Positions 47,274 through 56,977 of a DNA stretch of 64,000 nucleotides are shown here, one piece after another. The notes beneath the pieces were generated by a model. That model ran no database searches and had not been told where the DNA came from. It saw nothing but the letters and a program-made list of their open reading frames with translations. The position numbers and the translations under genes are program-made. How positions within the stretch are numbered: the first letter of the stretch is position 1; the number at the start of each line of letters is the position of its first letter. The stretch comes from Patescibacteria group bacterium (GTDB lineage Bacteria; Patescibacteriota; Minisyncoccia; UBA6257; GWB1-50-10): NCBI GenBank assembly GCA_040757555.1, contig JBFLWN010000006.1:5748-69747 (forward strand), read 5' to 3'.

Positions 47274-48281
47274 ATGTGCGCAAAAAAAGAAGAAAAAAAC
47301 AACAATAATGATCTTGGGTTTGATCTTGCGCTCCGCCCCGGAACATGGAATGAGTATGTGGGTCAGGAGAAAGCGAAAACAAATTTGCGCCTCATCATCG
47401 ACGCCGCAAAAAAGAGGGGGGAAAGTTGTGATCACCTTCTTTTTTACGGCCAAGCGGGTTTGGGAAAAACAACACTTGCATATCTAGTGGGAAAGGAAAT
47501 GGGAGTCCAGGTACGATCAACGACTGGGCCAGCACTCGAAAAAGCAGGAGATGTCGCTGCAATTTTAAGTAATATCGAGCCCCATGAAATTTTATTTATT
47601 GATGAAGCGCATCGTATCAATAAGCTTGTTGAAGAAATTTTATATCCGGCGCTTGAAAGTAGAAAACTTCATTTTATTGTTGGAAAGGGACCGTCGGCAC
47701 GAACGTTTTCACTTGATCTTCCCCCGTTCACTGTCGTTGCCGCAACTACACGGGTGAATGTGCTTTCAAACCCGCTTCGTTCACGTTTCGGCGCAACCAT
47801 TAAACTTGATTATTATCGAAATGAAGATATTGAAAAAATAATAAAACAGTCTGCGCATATTTTAAAAACAAATATTACTCCGACCGCGATTTCTATGCTT
47901 GCTCGCGCATCACGATTTACTCCACGCACCGCAAATAGACTATTAAAACGTGCACGCGACTATGCTGAGGTATACCACAACGGATCAATCGACGAACACG
48001 TGGTGGAAAAAACACTATCACTTCTTGAGGTGGATCCACTTGGGCTCGAACACACCGATAGAGAACTTTTAAAGACTATAATTAAGCGATTTAGTGGTGG
48101 CCCAGTGGGAGTAAAAGCGCTTGGGGCCGCACTTTCCGAGGAGGTTGGAACTATTGAAGATGTATATGAGCCATTTCTTATGAACCTTGGGTTTCTCGAG
48201 AGGACATCACTGGGACGCGTTGCAACAAAATCAGCATACGAATATCTCGGTATACCGTTCAAAAAAAACGAACTTGTTTAA
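47274..48281 (+). CDS. ruvB: Holliday junction DNA helicase RuvB
   Basis: LRP.TW.EYVGQ, GQAGLGKTT, FIDEAHR, LYPALE, ATTR, PLRSRFG. Confidence 0.97.
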   Translation: MCAKKEEKNNNNDLGFDLALRPGTWNEYVGQEKAKTNLRLIIDAAKKRGESCDHLLFYGQAGLGKTTLAYLVGKEMGVQVRSTTGPALEKAGDVAAILSNIEPHEILFIDEAHRINKLVEEILYPALESRKLHFIVGKGPSARTFSLDLPPFTVVAATTRVNVLSNPLRSRFGATIKLDYYRNEDIEKIIKQSAHILKTNITPTAISMLARASRFTPRTANRLLKRARDYAEVYHNGSIDEHVVEKTLSLLEVDPLGLEHTDRELLKTIIKRFSGGPVGVKALGAALSEEVGTIEDVYEPFLMNLGFLERTSLGRVATKSAYEYLGIPFKKNELV

Positions 48282-48285
48282 AGAA

Positions 48286-48729
48286 ATGAGATTTTATTCC
48301 AACTCCCCTCTTCACACAAAAAAAATAGCACAAAAATTGGCAAAAGAAGTGCTTCTCTCCCCCCACAAAAAAACAGTGGTGGTGGGGCTTATAGGAGATT
48401 TAGGAAGTGGAAAAACAACGTTTGTGAAAAGTTTTGCGAAAGAATTTGGAATACGATCAAATATCACAAGCCCCACTTTTCTTATTCAAAAAAAACACAA
48501 AATTAAAAAGAGTGGGTTCGCGTCATTTCTCCACGTGGATGCCTACCGTATAAAAAAAATAAATGAATTATATACCATTGGATTTACAGACGAATTGTCA
48601 AATAATCAGAATGTTGTTGTTATTGAGTGGGCGGATATGATAAAAAAGATTCTTCCTAAAAAAATGATTTGGGTTTCGTTTGTGCATGGGAAAAACAAAA
48701 ACCAACGATATGTCAGTATTAAAAAATAA
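48286..48729 (+). CDS. tsaE: t6A biosynthesis ATPase TsaE
   Basis: GDLGSGKTTF, ITSPTF, HVDAYR, IEWAD. Confidence 0.95.
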   Translation: MRFYSNSPLHTKKIAQKLAKEVLLSPHKKTVVVGLIGDLGSGKTTFVKSFAKEFGIRSNITSPTFLIQKKHKIKKSGFASFLHVDAYRIKKINELYTIGFTDELSNNQNVVVIEWADMIKKILPKKMIWVSFVHGKNKNQRYVSIKK

Positions 48730-51109
48730 AAAAATTCTTCTTATTGATGCCCATTCGCTCATCCACCGATCGTTTCATGCGCTCCCCCCACTCACCGCAC
48801 CAGACGGAAAACCCACGGGTGCGTTATACGGAGTTTCGAGCACACTCCTTCGAGTGTTGAAAGAAAAATCTCCAGATTATGTTGTTGCGGCATTTGATCG
48901 CCCAGAACCAACATTTCGAAAGGAACAATACGCGGAATACAAAGCACATCGCCCAAAAGCACCCGATGAACTTATTTCTCAACTAAAGGAATCGCGCGAG
49001 CTTTTTAAAAAGTTTGGTATTTATATATCAGAAATTCCTGGATATGAGGGCGATGATATTATTGGGACGCTTTCTGAAAAATTCAGTAAAGAGGAGGGGG
49101 TGTTTATTACTATTCTGACTGGGGACCTCGATACCCTTCAATTAGTAAAAAACGGGAAGGTTGAGGTAGAAACATTCAAAAAAGGAATAAATGACGCCAT
49201 GATATATGACGAAAACGCGGTACGCGAACGCTTAGGGGTTATGGTAGAACACGTTCCGGACTACAAGGGACTTGTCGGAGACCAATCAGATAATATACCG
49301 GGAATCCCCGGGGTTGGACCAAAAACAGCCGCACAACTCATCTCAAAATACGGAACCATAGAACATATATATGCATCCATAAACACCCAAGACCCGTTGT
49401 TTAAAAAAATTGGCGAACATAAAAAAATAGCGCTTCTTTCAAAAAACCTCGCAACAATAAAAAGAGACGTGCCGATAGATGTTTCTCTCGAGGAGGCAAA
49501 GTACGAAAAATTAGATCTAAAAAAATTGGAAGAGTATTTTGATTATTTGGGATTTGAAAGTCTTATAAAAAGGCTTGGATTAAATAGGAGTGGTGGAGAA
49601 AAAAAAGATGAAAATACACAATATACAACACACAACAATGTTTTTGTTGTATATGATTGGAAAGAAAAAATAAAACTCAAAGAAAGTAACTTAATTTCTC
49701 CGGACAGCGTGTTTGATATAAAAATAGCCGCGTGGCTTCTCGATCCTGATAAAAACAAACTCTCGGTTGATGATATATCAAAAAGATTTCTAAAAACTAT
49801 TTCATCTAACGATGATTTGGGTGTGTTATATAAAACTCTGGAAGAATCTATAAAAAACAATAAACTCGAGAAAGTGTTTTATGGGATAGAAATGCCACTT
49901 ATTCCTATTCTCGCAAGAATGGAATCGACTGGAATTTTGTGTGACGACAACCTCCTTGTTCGCCTTGAGAAGAAAATAAAAGAAGAAACAAAGAAAACGG
50001 AAGAAAAAATAATTGAACTTGCCGGAGAGAAATTTAATATTTCTTCGCCGCGACAAGTTGGAGACATCCTTTTCACAAAACTTCACATAAAAGAAAATAA
50101 AAAACACAAAACAAAAACCGGAATGAATTCAACTGCGGAATCTGTTTTAGTTGAATTGAAAGACCAACACCCGATAATTGAGCACATCCTTGTTTATCGG
50201 GAAAATATGAAAATTCTCTCGACATACGTCTCTCCCCTCCTTGAATATGCGCGAGCGGACACGGATCATCGGATACACACTACGTATATACAAACAGGAA
50301 CGGCGACCGGAAGACTTTCTTCGGAAAAACCAAACCTACAAAACATTCCTCAAGAATCGAAGTGGTCAAAAGAGTTGCGTGAAGCATTTATTCCAAAAAA
50401 TGGGTTTTCCTTCCTATCATTCGATTATTCACAACTCGAACTGCGACTTCTTGCTCATATATCAAGGGATGAAAAATTACTCTCCGCGTTTCTTCACGGA
50501 AAAGATATCCACAATATTACTGCCGCCCAAATATTTAACATCGACGAGTCCGCGGTGACTCCTGAGTTGCGGAGAATCGCAAAAACACTGAATTTTGGGG
50601 TTGCATATGGAATGGGGCCACGGGCATTTTCCGCAACAAGTGGTATATCTATCGATGACGCGAAACGATTCATTAATGAATATTTTTCTGATTTTCCGAA
50701 AGTAAAAGAGTGGCAAGAAAAAATGAGGGTTGAGGCACAAACTGGCGGAACAATAAGAAACGAGACTGGTCGTATACGGGTGTTTCCTGGTGGAATAAAA
50801 AACAAAAAAATTATATCAGAAATGGAACGAGCGGCCATAAACATGCCTGTACAAAGCCTTGGGGCGGATATTATCAAACTTTCCATGGTCGCCGCACAGA
50901 AGTTTATTGATATACAGAAATATGCCGATTCGATGCGACTTATTCTCACCATACACGATGAATTGATATTCGAGGTGCGTGATGATATTCTGAAAAGTAT
51001 CATCGCTCCAGTAAAATACCTCATGGAGCACCCCCTCTCTCTTTTGGTACCGCTTACCGTAGAGGTAAAAATAGGAAAAGATTGGGGAAATATGAAAAAA
51101 TATGAATAA
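48710..51109 (+). CDS. polA: DNA polymerase I
   Basis: 5'-3' exonuclease (HRSFHA, EGDD, GDQSDNIPG), TGRLSS.KPNLQNIP, DYSQLELR, AKTLNFG, IHDEL; 3'-5' exo region shortened. Confidence 0.97.
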   Translation: MSVLKNKKILLIDAHSLIHRSFHALPPLTAPDGKPTGALYGVSSTLLRVLKEKSPDYVVAAFDRPEPTFRKEQYAEYKAHRPKAPDELISQLKESRELFKKFGIYISEIPGYEGDDIIGTLSEKFSKEEGVFITILTGDLDTLQLVKNGKVEVETFKKGINDAMIYDENAVRERLGVMVEHVPDYKGLVGDQSDNIPGIPGVGPKTAAQLISKYGTIEHIYASINTQDPLFKKIGEHKKIALLSKNLATIKRDVPIDVSLEEAKYEKLDLKKLEEYFDYLGFESLIKRLGLNRSGGEKKDENTQYTTHNNVFVVYDWKEKIKLKESNLISPDSVFDIKIAAWLLDPDKNKLSVDDISKRFLKTISSNDDLGVLYKTLEESIKNNKLEKVFYGIEMPLIPILARMESTGILCDDNLLVRLEKKIKEETKKTEEKIIELAGEKFNISSPRQVGDILFTKLHIKENKKHKTKTGMNSTAESVLVELKDQHPIIEHILVYRENMKILSTYVSPLLEYARADTDHRIHTTYIQTGTATGRLSSEKPNLQNIPQESKWSKELREAFIPKNGFSFLSFDYSQLELRLLAHISRDEKLLSAFLHGKDIHNITAAQIFNIDESAVTPELRRIAKTLNFGVAYGMGPRAFSATSGISIDDAKRFINEYFSDFPKVKEWQEKMRVEAQTGGTIRNETGRIRVFPGGIKNKKIISEMERAAINMPVQSLGADIIKLSMVAAQKFIDIQKYADSMRLILTIHDELIFEVRDDILKSIIAPVKYLMEHPLSLLVPLTVEVKIGKDWGNMKKYE

Positions 51110-52271
51110 TATGTTTTCTTTTTTCTCAAAAACAAAAAAAACTCAAGATAATTTTCTTTGTCAAAGAAAATTATTGGCAATTGTAGAAAACTTAAGAGAT
51201 GGGCTTATTATGTATTCCCCACAATTTGAAATACTAGAATTCAATCCCGCGGCTGAAAATATTTTTTCTGTAAAAAAAGATGAGGTTTTGGGAATGGTTA
51301 TTGAACCAAAGTTAAATCAGATAGAAAAATTTAAATCACTCACTCAGGTGATTTACCCATCTCTTGCTTCGTCTGTCTCCCAACTTTCTGAAGCAAGTGT
51401 GTGGCCACAAATAATAGAGATCTCTATTGAGGAACAAAATAAAAATTTTTATACCGTCCTAAATAGAATTACCGACGAGAACGGAAAAATTATCTGTTTC
51501 TTGAAAATAGTGAAAGACGAAACACGAGAACAAGCAATATTACAAAGCAAAAACGAGTTTATCAATACCGCAGCTCATCAACTAAGAACCCCGCTCACCG
51601 CGCTTAATTGGGCACTTGAAAATATATTAAAATTTTCAGAAAACTCATCTCCGGAAATACACGACGTGGCAACCGAAGCGATAAAAGTATCAGAGCGAAC
51701 ACTTAAAATTACCAACGATCTTCTTGATGTTGCAAAAATAGAAGAAGGAAAATTTGGATACTCATTTAAGAATGTTGATATTGTTGTATTTGTGAATGGA
51801 ATTATAGATGCAGTAATCCCATTTGCCCACCAACATTCGACGCAAATTACATTTTCCCACCCAAACATAAACGAATTATATGTCGCTATGGACCCCGATC
51901 GATTGGGGCTTGCCCTCTTTAATCTCATTGATAACGCGGTAAAATACACCGTAGAACAGGGGGTTGTCTCAATACTGCTCGAAAAAAACGAAAACCTTAT
52001 AAAAATCTCAATACAAGACTCTGGAGTTGGTATTCCTGAAAACGAAAGGGAAAAGATATTCAAAAAATTCTATCGCGCGACAAATGCCGCCCAAGTTGAA
52101 CCAAATGGAAATGGATTGGGTCTTTTTATTACACAAAACATTATCAAAAGACATGGGGGAGATATTGGGTTCGAGTCGCGCGCTGGGCGTGGCACCACAT
52201 TTTGGTTTACCCTTCCAATAAAAAGCGTCTCTGTTGGTGATGAGTCGTCTGTGTTTAAAAATATTTCTTAG
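51102..52271 (+). CDS. PAS-domain sensor histidine kinase (no TM)
   Basis: PAS (FNPAAE), H-box AAHQLRTPLT, NLIDNAVKY, DSGVGI, GNGLGL. Confidence 0.93.
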   Translation: MNNMFSFFSKTKKTQDNFLCQRKLLAIVENLRDGLIMYSPQFEILEFNPAAENIFSVKKDEVLGMVIEPKLNQIEKFKSLTQVIYPSLASSVSQLSEASVWPQIIEISIEEQNKNFYTVLNRITDENGKIICFLKIVKDETREQAILQSKNEFINTAAHQLRTPLTALNWALENILKFSENSSPEIHDVATEAIKVSERTLKITNDLLDVAKIEEGKFGYSFKNVDIVVFVNGIIDAVIPFAHQHSTQITFSHPNINELYVAMDPDRLGLALFNLIDNAVKYTVEQGVVSILLEKNENLIKISIQDSGVGIPENEREKIFKKFYRATNAAQVEPNGNGLGLFITQNIIKRHGGDIGFESRAGRGTTFWFTLPIKSVSVGDESSVFKNIS

Positions 52272-52299
52272 TGTTTTTTTGTGGTGTCGGTTTTTTATT

Positions 52300-52776
52300 A
52301 TGATTATTTTAGGAATTGATCCAGGAACAAGTCGTGTGGGAATTGGTGTGATAAAAAAACACGGCAACTCTTTGATTCATGTAGAAAGCAGCCTTCTTCC
52401 TTTGCGGAAAATATATATAAACGAGGGAGAGCGTCTTTGTGTTTTAGAAAAGGAACTCAAAAAAGTTTTAAAAAGAAGAAAACCAGATCTTGTGGGAATC
52501 GAAAGTCTTTATTTTTCAAATAATCAAAAGACGGCGTTTTCGGTAAGTCAGGCGCGGGGGGTAATATTAAAAACAATTGCCGAAAATAAAATTCCATATA
52601 TAGAACTCGCTCCATCTGAAATAAAACTATCGATTGCGGGACATGGAAAGGCGCCTAAAGAACGTGTTGCACACATGGTGGGAATTCTTCTTCAGATAGA
52701 CACAAAAAAAATTATTGATGACATAACCGATGCGCTCGCAATTGCAATTGCTGCGTGTTATATAAAAAAGTATTGA
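52300..52776 (+). CDS. ruvC: Crossover junction endodeoxyribonuclease RuvC
   Basis: ILGIDPG, IESLYF, QARG, GKAPK, DDITDALAIA. Confidence 0.96.
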   Translation: MIILGIDPGTSRVGIGVIKKHGNSLIHVESSLLPLRKIYINEGERLCVLEKELKKVLKRRKPDLVGIESLYFSNNQKTAFSVSQARGVILKTIAENKIPYIELAPSEIKLSIAGHGKAPKERVAHMVGILLQIDTKKIIDDITDALAIAIAACYIKKY

Positions 52777-52825
52777 AGTTACAAAATTTTTTGCTACTAT
52801 TTCCTATATGTGGGGTGGGGTGATA

Positions 52826-52854
52826 TTGACTTCTGCTTGTTGTCGCTCTATTAT
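52826..52854 (+). promoter_or_regulatory. Sigma70 promoter of the acidic micro-ORF
   Basis: TTGACT-N17-TATTAT. Confidence 0.6.
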
Positions 52855-52925
52855 CCCTTTCGCATACGTTATACGCGCTTTAAAAGGTCGTTTAAGCGTG
52901 AATAAATTAAAAATTATTGAAGAAG

Positions 52926-53075
52926 ATGAAAAAAACGACAGACCCAGATGTCTTTGTGGAAGAAGACAAAGACGAGGACTCTGACTACCTTATAGCAGAC
53001 GAGGAGAAATATATAGAAAAAGAAGAGGAGGTAAAAGGTTTTCTTGAAGACGAAGAGGGGGAAGAGGCCTACTAA
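52926..53075 (+). CDS. Small, very acidic hypothetical protein (49 aa), absent from the ORF track
   Basis: MKKTTDPDVFVEEDKDEDSDYLIADEEKYIEKEEEVKGFLEDEEGEEAY; promoter upstream, hairpin downstream. Confidence 0.7.
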   Translation: MKKTTDPDVFVEEDKDEDSDYLIADEEKYIEKEEEVKGFLEDEEGEEAY

Positions 53076-53087
53076 ATACGCAAATAA

Positions 53088-53121
53088 AACATCCCACCCG
53101 CCGACCAGCGGGTGGGATGTT
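53088..53121 (+). terminator. 14-bp hairpin terminator
   Basis: AACATCCCACCCGC-CGACCA-GCGGGTGGGATGTT. Confidence 0.75.
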
Positions 53122-53161
53122 GTTATGTGAATAAAAATTATAAAATTAAAGGACGTTCATT

Positions 53162-55645
53162 ATGATAAAAAAGAAGAAGGTAAAAAAAGGGGGGTTCACT
53201 AAAACATTTTGGTCTGTGTTTATATTTGGATCATTTGGAATTCTTGTTGTTGGTTCTGTATATATTGCAATTCTCATCCAAACACTTCCCTCTCCAGAAC
53301 AGTTTAATGTTCAGAGATCCAATCAATCAACAAAAATATACGACAAAAACGGTGAGGTGGTCCTCTATGAAATACATGGGGAAGAAAAGAGAACGGTTGT
53401 GCCGTTTGAAGAAATACCCGATGTGGTAAAAAAAGCAACACTTGCTGCCGAAAATGCAGATTTTTATAATCAACCAGCATTTGATTGGCGAGCGATTCTC
53501 CGGGCCCTTTATGCAAATATAAAAAAAGGTACAACTGCACAAGGGGGATCTACCATCACCCAACAACTCGCAAAAAACGTTTTCCTTAGTCCAGAAAAAA
53601 CAATAACAAGAAAGGTAAAGGAACTTATTCTTGCTCTTGAACTCGAATCAAAATATTCCAAAGATCAAATTCTTTATTTTTATCTCAATCAAATACCCTA
53701 TGGATCAAACGCATATGGGGTTGAGGCCGCAAGTCAAAGTTATTTTGGAAAATCTGTACGAAATATTTCTTTGGAGGAAGCTGCTGTTCTTGCGGGAATG
53801 TTGAAGGCCCCGAGTTATTTTTCTCCGTGGGGATCTCACACAAAAGACCTTCTTGATAGAAAAAATTATGTGTTGGACCGCATGGGAGAATTAAATTTTG
53901 TGGAAAAAGAGATTGTAGAGAAGGCAAAAAAGAAAGAGGTTGTGTTTACTCCCCCATCCCTCGGATCAATTAAGGCGCCCCACTTTTCCCTTATGGTAAA
54001 AGATTATCTCATAAATAAATATGGGGAAGAATTGGTCAATAATGGTGGATTAAAAGTTATTTCCACACTTGATTGGAAGATGCAGGAAATAGCCGAAAAA
54101 GCTGTTCTGGAGGGCTCTAAAAACAACGAAAACGTCTATGGTGCCAATAACGCCGCCCTCGTCGCAGAAGACCCAAAAACAGGCCAAATTTTAGCTTTGG
54201 TGGGTTCTAGAGATTACTTTGATATTAAAAACGAAGGAAATTTCAATGTTGCGGCTCAAGGAATGAGACAACCAGGATCAGCGCTTAAACCATTTATATA
54301 TCTCACCGCCTTTCATAAGGGCTACTCCCCAAAAACCGTTCTTTTTGACGTAAGCACAGAATTTGATTTGAGAGATTCTCCGGAAACAAGTTACCGTCCT
54401 CAAAACTTTGATGGGATGGATCATGGACCCGTAACACTCGAAAATGCACTTGCACAATCATTAAACATTCCCGCGGTAAAATTATTATATCTTGCGGGAG
54501 TAAATGACTCATTAAAAACTCTTCATGACTTTGGTATCAGCACCCTTAAAGAAACGTGGCGATATGGACTCTCGTTGGTTTTGGGTGGTGGGGAGGTAAA
54601 ATTAATTGATCTTGTAAACACTTATGGAACTCTTTCTCAGGAGGGTGTACGTCACGAACAATCTATTGTTTTAAAAATAGAAGACACTGAAGGAAATATT
54701 TTGGAAGACTACACCGACAATACAAAAAGAGTTTTCGACGACACCCAATCAATGAGGCTTGTTACACAAATTCTCTCATCACCGGAACTTCGTGCACCAA
54801 TTTTTGGAAACTCTCTTCCTTTTACAATATATGATGGATACGACGTGGCATTAAAAACAGGAACGTCCGGCGACCATCGTGATGCGTGGGTGGTTGGATA
54901 TACCCCATTCCTTGTTGTTGGTGCGTGGGCAGGAAACAATGACAATACCCCAATGATACGACAAGGGAGTAGTATTCTCGCTGCCGTTCCTATTTGGAAT
55001 TTGTTTTTACGTGATGTTATAAAAAAATACGAGCCAGAAAAATTTATAGAACCAGAACCAATTCCCTATACATCAAAACCAATGATCAATGGGGAATACA
55101 TGTGGAAACCAATAATTCAGGGGAAAACATATCCACAAATACACTCAATTCTTTATTATGTTGATAAAGAAAATCCCTTAGGTCCAAAACCAAAAAACAC
55201 CTCAATCGATCCGCAGTTTAAAAATTGGGAAGTTGGAGTGTTGAATTGGGCACGAACAAATATTCCGGATTTCCAGTTGTGGAACCAATCGATTGCGGGA
55301 GATATTTCGTTTTCATCAGACCAAGAAAACACAACCCAAAGTAATCTTGGGGGGGAGGTAAATGAAAAAACAACAATCACTGTTATTTCCCCGAAGAACG
55401 GTGAATTTGTTGTCTCTCCATTCATTATCCAAGCAAATATCCGAGCAGGAAAAAACAAAGAATTAAGACGAGTTGAATTATCAATAAACGATCGACTCAT
55501 AAACGGTTTTGATATAGAAGGGGTTTCATATAGATATCAATATTATTTCAATACAATACTTGATCCTCAGAATCTTTTTGAAATAAAAACAACCGACTCC
55601 TCCGGGTCGATTGTTAAAAATTCATTTATCGTCTATAAAAAATAG
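53162..55645 (+). CDS. Class A penicillin-binding protein (PBP1A-like) with C-terminal Ig-like domain
   Basis: QGGSTITQQLAKN, RKVKE, YLN; SALK, SLN and KTGT transpeptidase motifs. Confidence 0.95.
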   Translation: MIKKKKVKKGGFTKTFWSVFIFGSFGILVVGSVYIAILIQTLPSPEQFNVQRSNQSTKIYDKNGEVVLYEIHGEEKRTVVPFEEIPDVVKKATLAAENADFYNQPAFDWRAILRALYANIKKGTTAQGGSTITQQLAKNVFLSPEKTITRKVKELILALELESKYSKDQILYFYLNQIPYGSNAYGVEAASQSYFGKSVRNISLEEAAVLAGMLKAPSYFSPWGSHTKDLLDRKNYVLDRMGELNFVEKEIVEKAKKKEVVFTPPSLGSIKAPHFSLMVKDYLINKYGEELVNNGGLKVISTLDWKMQEIAEKAVLEGSKNNENVYGANNAALVAEDPKTGQILALVGSRDYFDIKNEGNFNVAAQGMRQPGSALKPFIYLTAFHKGYSPKTVLFDVSTEFDLRDSPETSYRPQNFDGMDHGPVTLENALAQSLNIPAVKLLYLAGVNDSLKTLHDFGISTLKETWRYGLSLVLGGGEVKLIDLVNTYGTLSQEGVRHEQSIVLKIEDTEGNILEDYTDNTKRVFDDTQSMRLVTQILSSPELRAPIFGNSLPFTIYDGYDVALKTGTSGDHRDAWVVGYTPFLVVGAWAGNNDNTPMIRQGSSILAAVPIWNLFLRDVIKKYEPEKFIEPEPIPYTSKPMINGEYMWKPIIQGKTYPQIHSILYYVDKENPLGPKPKNTSIDPQFKNWEVGVLNWARTNIPDFQLWNQSIAGDISFSSDQENTTQSNLGGEVNEKTTITVISPKNGEFVVSPFIIQANIRAGKNKELRRVELSINDRLINGFDIEGVSYRYQYYFNTILDPQNLFEIKTTDSSGSIVKNSFIVYKK

Positions 55646-55646
55646 T

Positions 55647-56762
55647 TTAGTTTTTTATAGGCATCGCAACATAAATTAATGATGGATCGGTTTGATTTTT
55701 TATGATAACCGGCCTATCTGAAGTGGTTACTCCAATAATAAGCTCATCACTCTTGAAAATTTTAAATCCATCGGACAAATACTTCCAATTAAACACGAGT
55801 GTGAAACGCTCCCCCTTTAAATGAATTGGCACCTTACATCTATTTTCTCCAAGTGCATTATCTGAAGAAAATAACTCAATATATTTTTTGTTTTCTCCGA
55901 CAGTAAGTGTAATATCGTTTCCCCTTCCTGAAAACGAACTGGTAAGTCGTATTGCGTTCAAAAATTCCTGTCGTGGAATAATTGCTTCGGTATGTGTTTG
56001 TTTTGGGATAATTGGTTGATAGTCGGGAAAGTTTCCATCAATAAGACGGGATATTATCTCAGTGCTCTGCGTTTTAAATAATATTTGTGTTGGATCTATA
56101 AAAACAAAAACCTCACCTTCTTCCTGGTTATGAAGAATTTTTAAGATCTCTTCGGAGGTTTTTAGTGGAATAATACACTTCACTGGTTCTACAAATGTTG
56201 ATTTTATAAATCCCGCATCTACCCTCTTCTCTGCGAGACGAAAACTATCGGTTCCCGCACATACCATTCCATATTCTTCGACTCCTACAAAAACACCACT
56301 AATTTCGGGTCGTATTTCTGAATATTGCGTTGCGACAATAACACTCTCTATTGTTTCGACAAGTGTTTTTGAATTTATCTGTAAACTTTGGGTTTTATTA
56401 TGAATTGAGGGAATAATCGGAAATTCTTTTATTTCTTGTGTTTGTACAAAAGCTTCATAATTATCCGTCTCTATAAACAGCTTTTTTCCTTTTGATTCCA
56501 GTGTAATTCGTTCAGAGGTTATATTTTTAATAATAGTACTGAAAAGATGTAGTGGTATTGCAACTTCTCCGTTCTCTATTATTTTTCCTGAAGATATATA
56601 CGTAATTGCCAATTCCAGGTTTGTCGTCGTAAAAACAATCTTGTTGTCATCTGTTCGTATATATACACATTTTAAAATTGGAAGATTTGAATTTTCTCCA
56701 ATCGCCCGATCGACGACACTAAGTGCTTCCAAAAGTTTATTTCTTAAAACAACGAGTTTCAT
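55647..56762 (-). CDS. dnaN: DNA polymerase III beta clamp
   Basis: LPIL, TNLE, EFPIIP, GTDSFRLA, SRLIDGNFPDY, VAMPI. Confidence 0.97.
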   Translation of the reverse strand: MKLVVLRNKLLEALSVVDRAIGENSNLPILKCVYIRTDDNKIVFTTTNLELAITYISSGKIIENGEVAIPLHLFSTIIKNITSERITLESKGKKLFIETDNYEAFVQTQEIKEFPIIPSIHNKTQSLQINSKTLVETIESVIVATQYSEIRPEISGVFVGVEEYGMVCAGTDSFRLAEKRVDAGFIKSTFVEPVKCIIPLKTSEEILKILHNQEEGEVFVFIDPTQILFKTQSTEIISRLIDGNFPDYQPIIPKQTHTEAIIPRQEFLNAIRLTSSFSGRGNDITLTVGENKKYIELFSSDNALGENRCKVPIHLKGERFTLVFNWKYLSDGFKIFKSDELIIGVTTSDRPVIIKNQTDPSLIYVAMPIKN

Positions 56763-56977
56763 ATTATTATTATTATTATTAAATATTTTTTATAAGATAA
56801 GAATAGTAGTGATAATAAGGGGTGTGTATATGTGGATATCTTTGTTTTTTCATACTCCATATCGTTTTTTTATCCACAAATAAAAAGAAGAAAATTCTAA
56901 AAGGTTGATATCATTTTGTTTAGTTTTGGTTTTTATGCAAAATACTTCCACTTATACCTTTTTTATACACAGGTTTT
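56763..56977. other. Replication origin oriC (dnaA-dnaN intergenic)
   Basis: DnaA boxes TTATCCACA 56870-56878 and TTATACACA 56963-56971, near-consensus tandem boxes 56823-56839, GGGG, TAG/TAA trio-like run, AT-rich tract. Confidence 0.85.

Noticed and set aside
50494-51180. 228-aa antisense ORF in polA and the many other short overlapping track ORFs
   Set aside because: They are shadows of well-supported genes or tRNAs, with no motifs or expression signals.
28189-52776. Alternative genetic code (TGA as Gly, as in Gracilibacteria)
   Set aside because: TGA ends smpB, rpmI and ruvC at their expected lengths, and long genes are intact in code 11.
56762-56780. (TAT)n microsatellite as a phase-variation tract
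   Set aside because: It is non-coding and better explained as part of the oriC AT-rich region.
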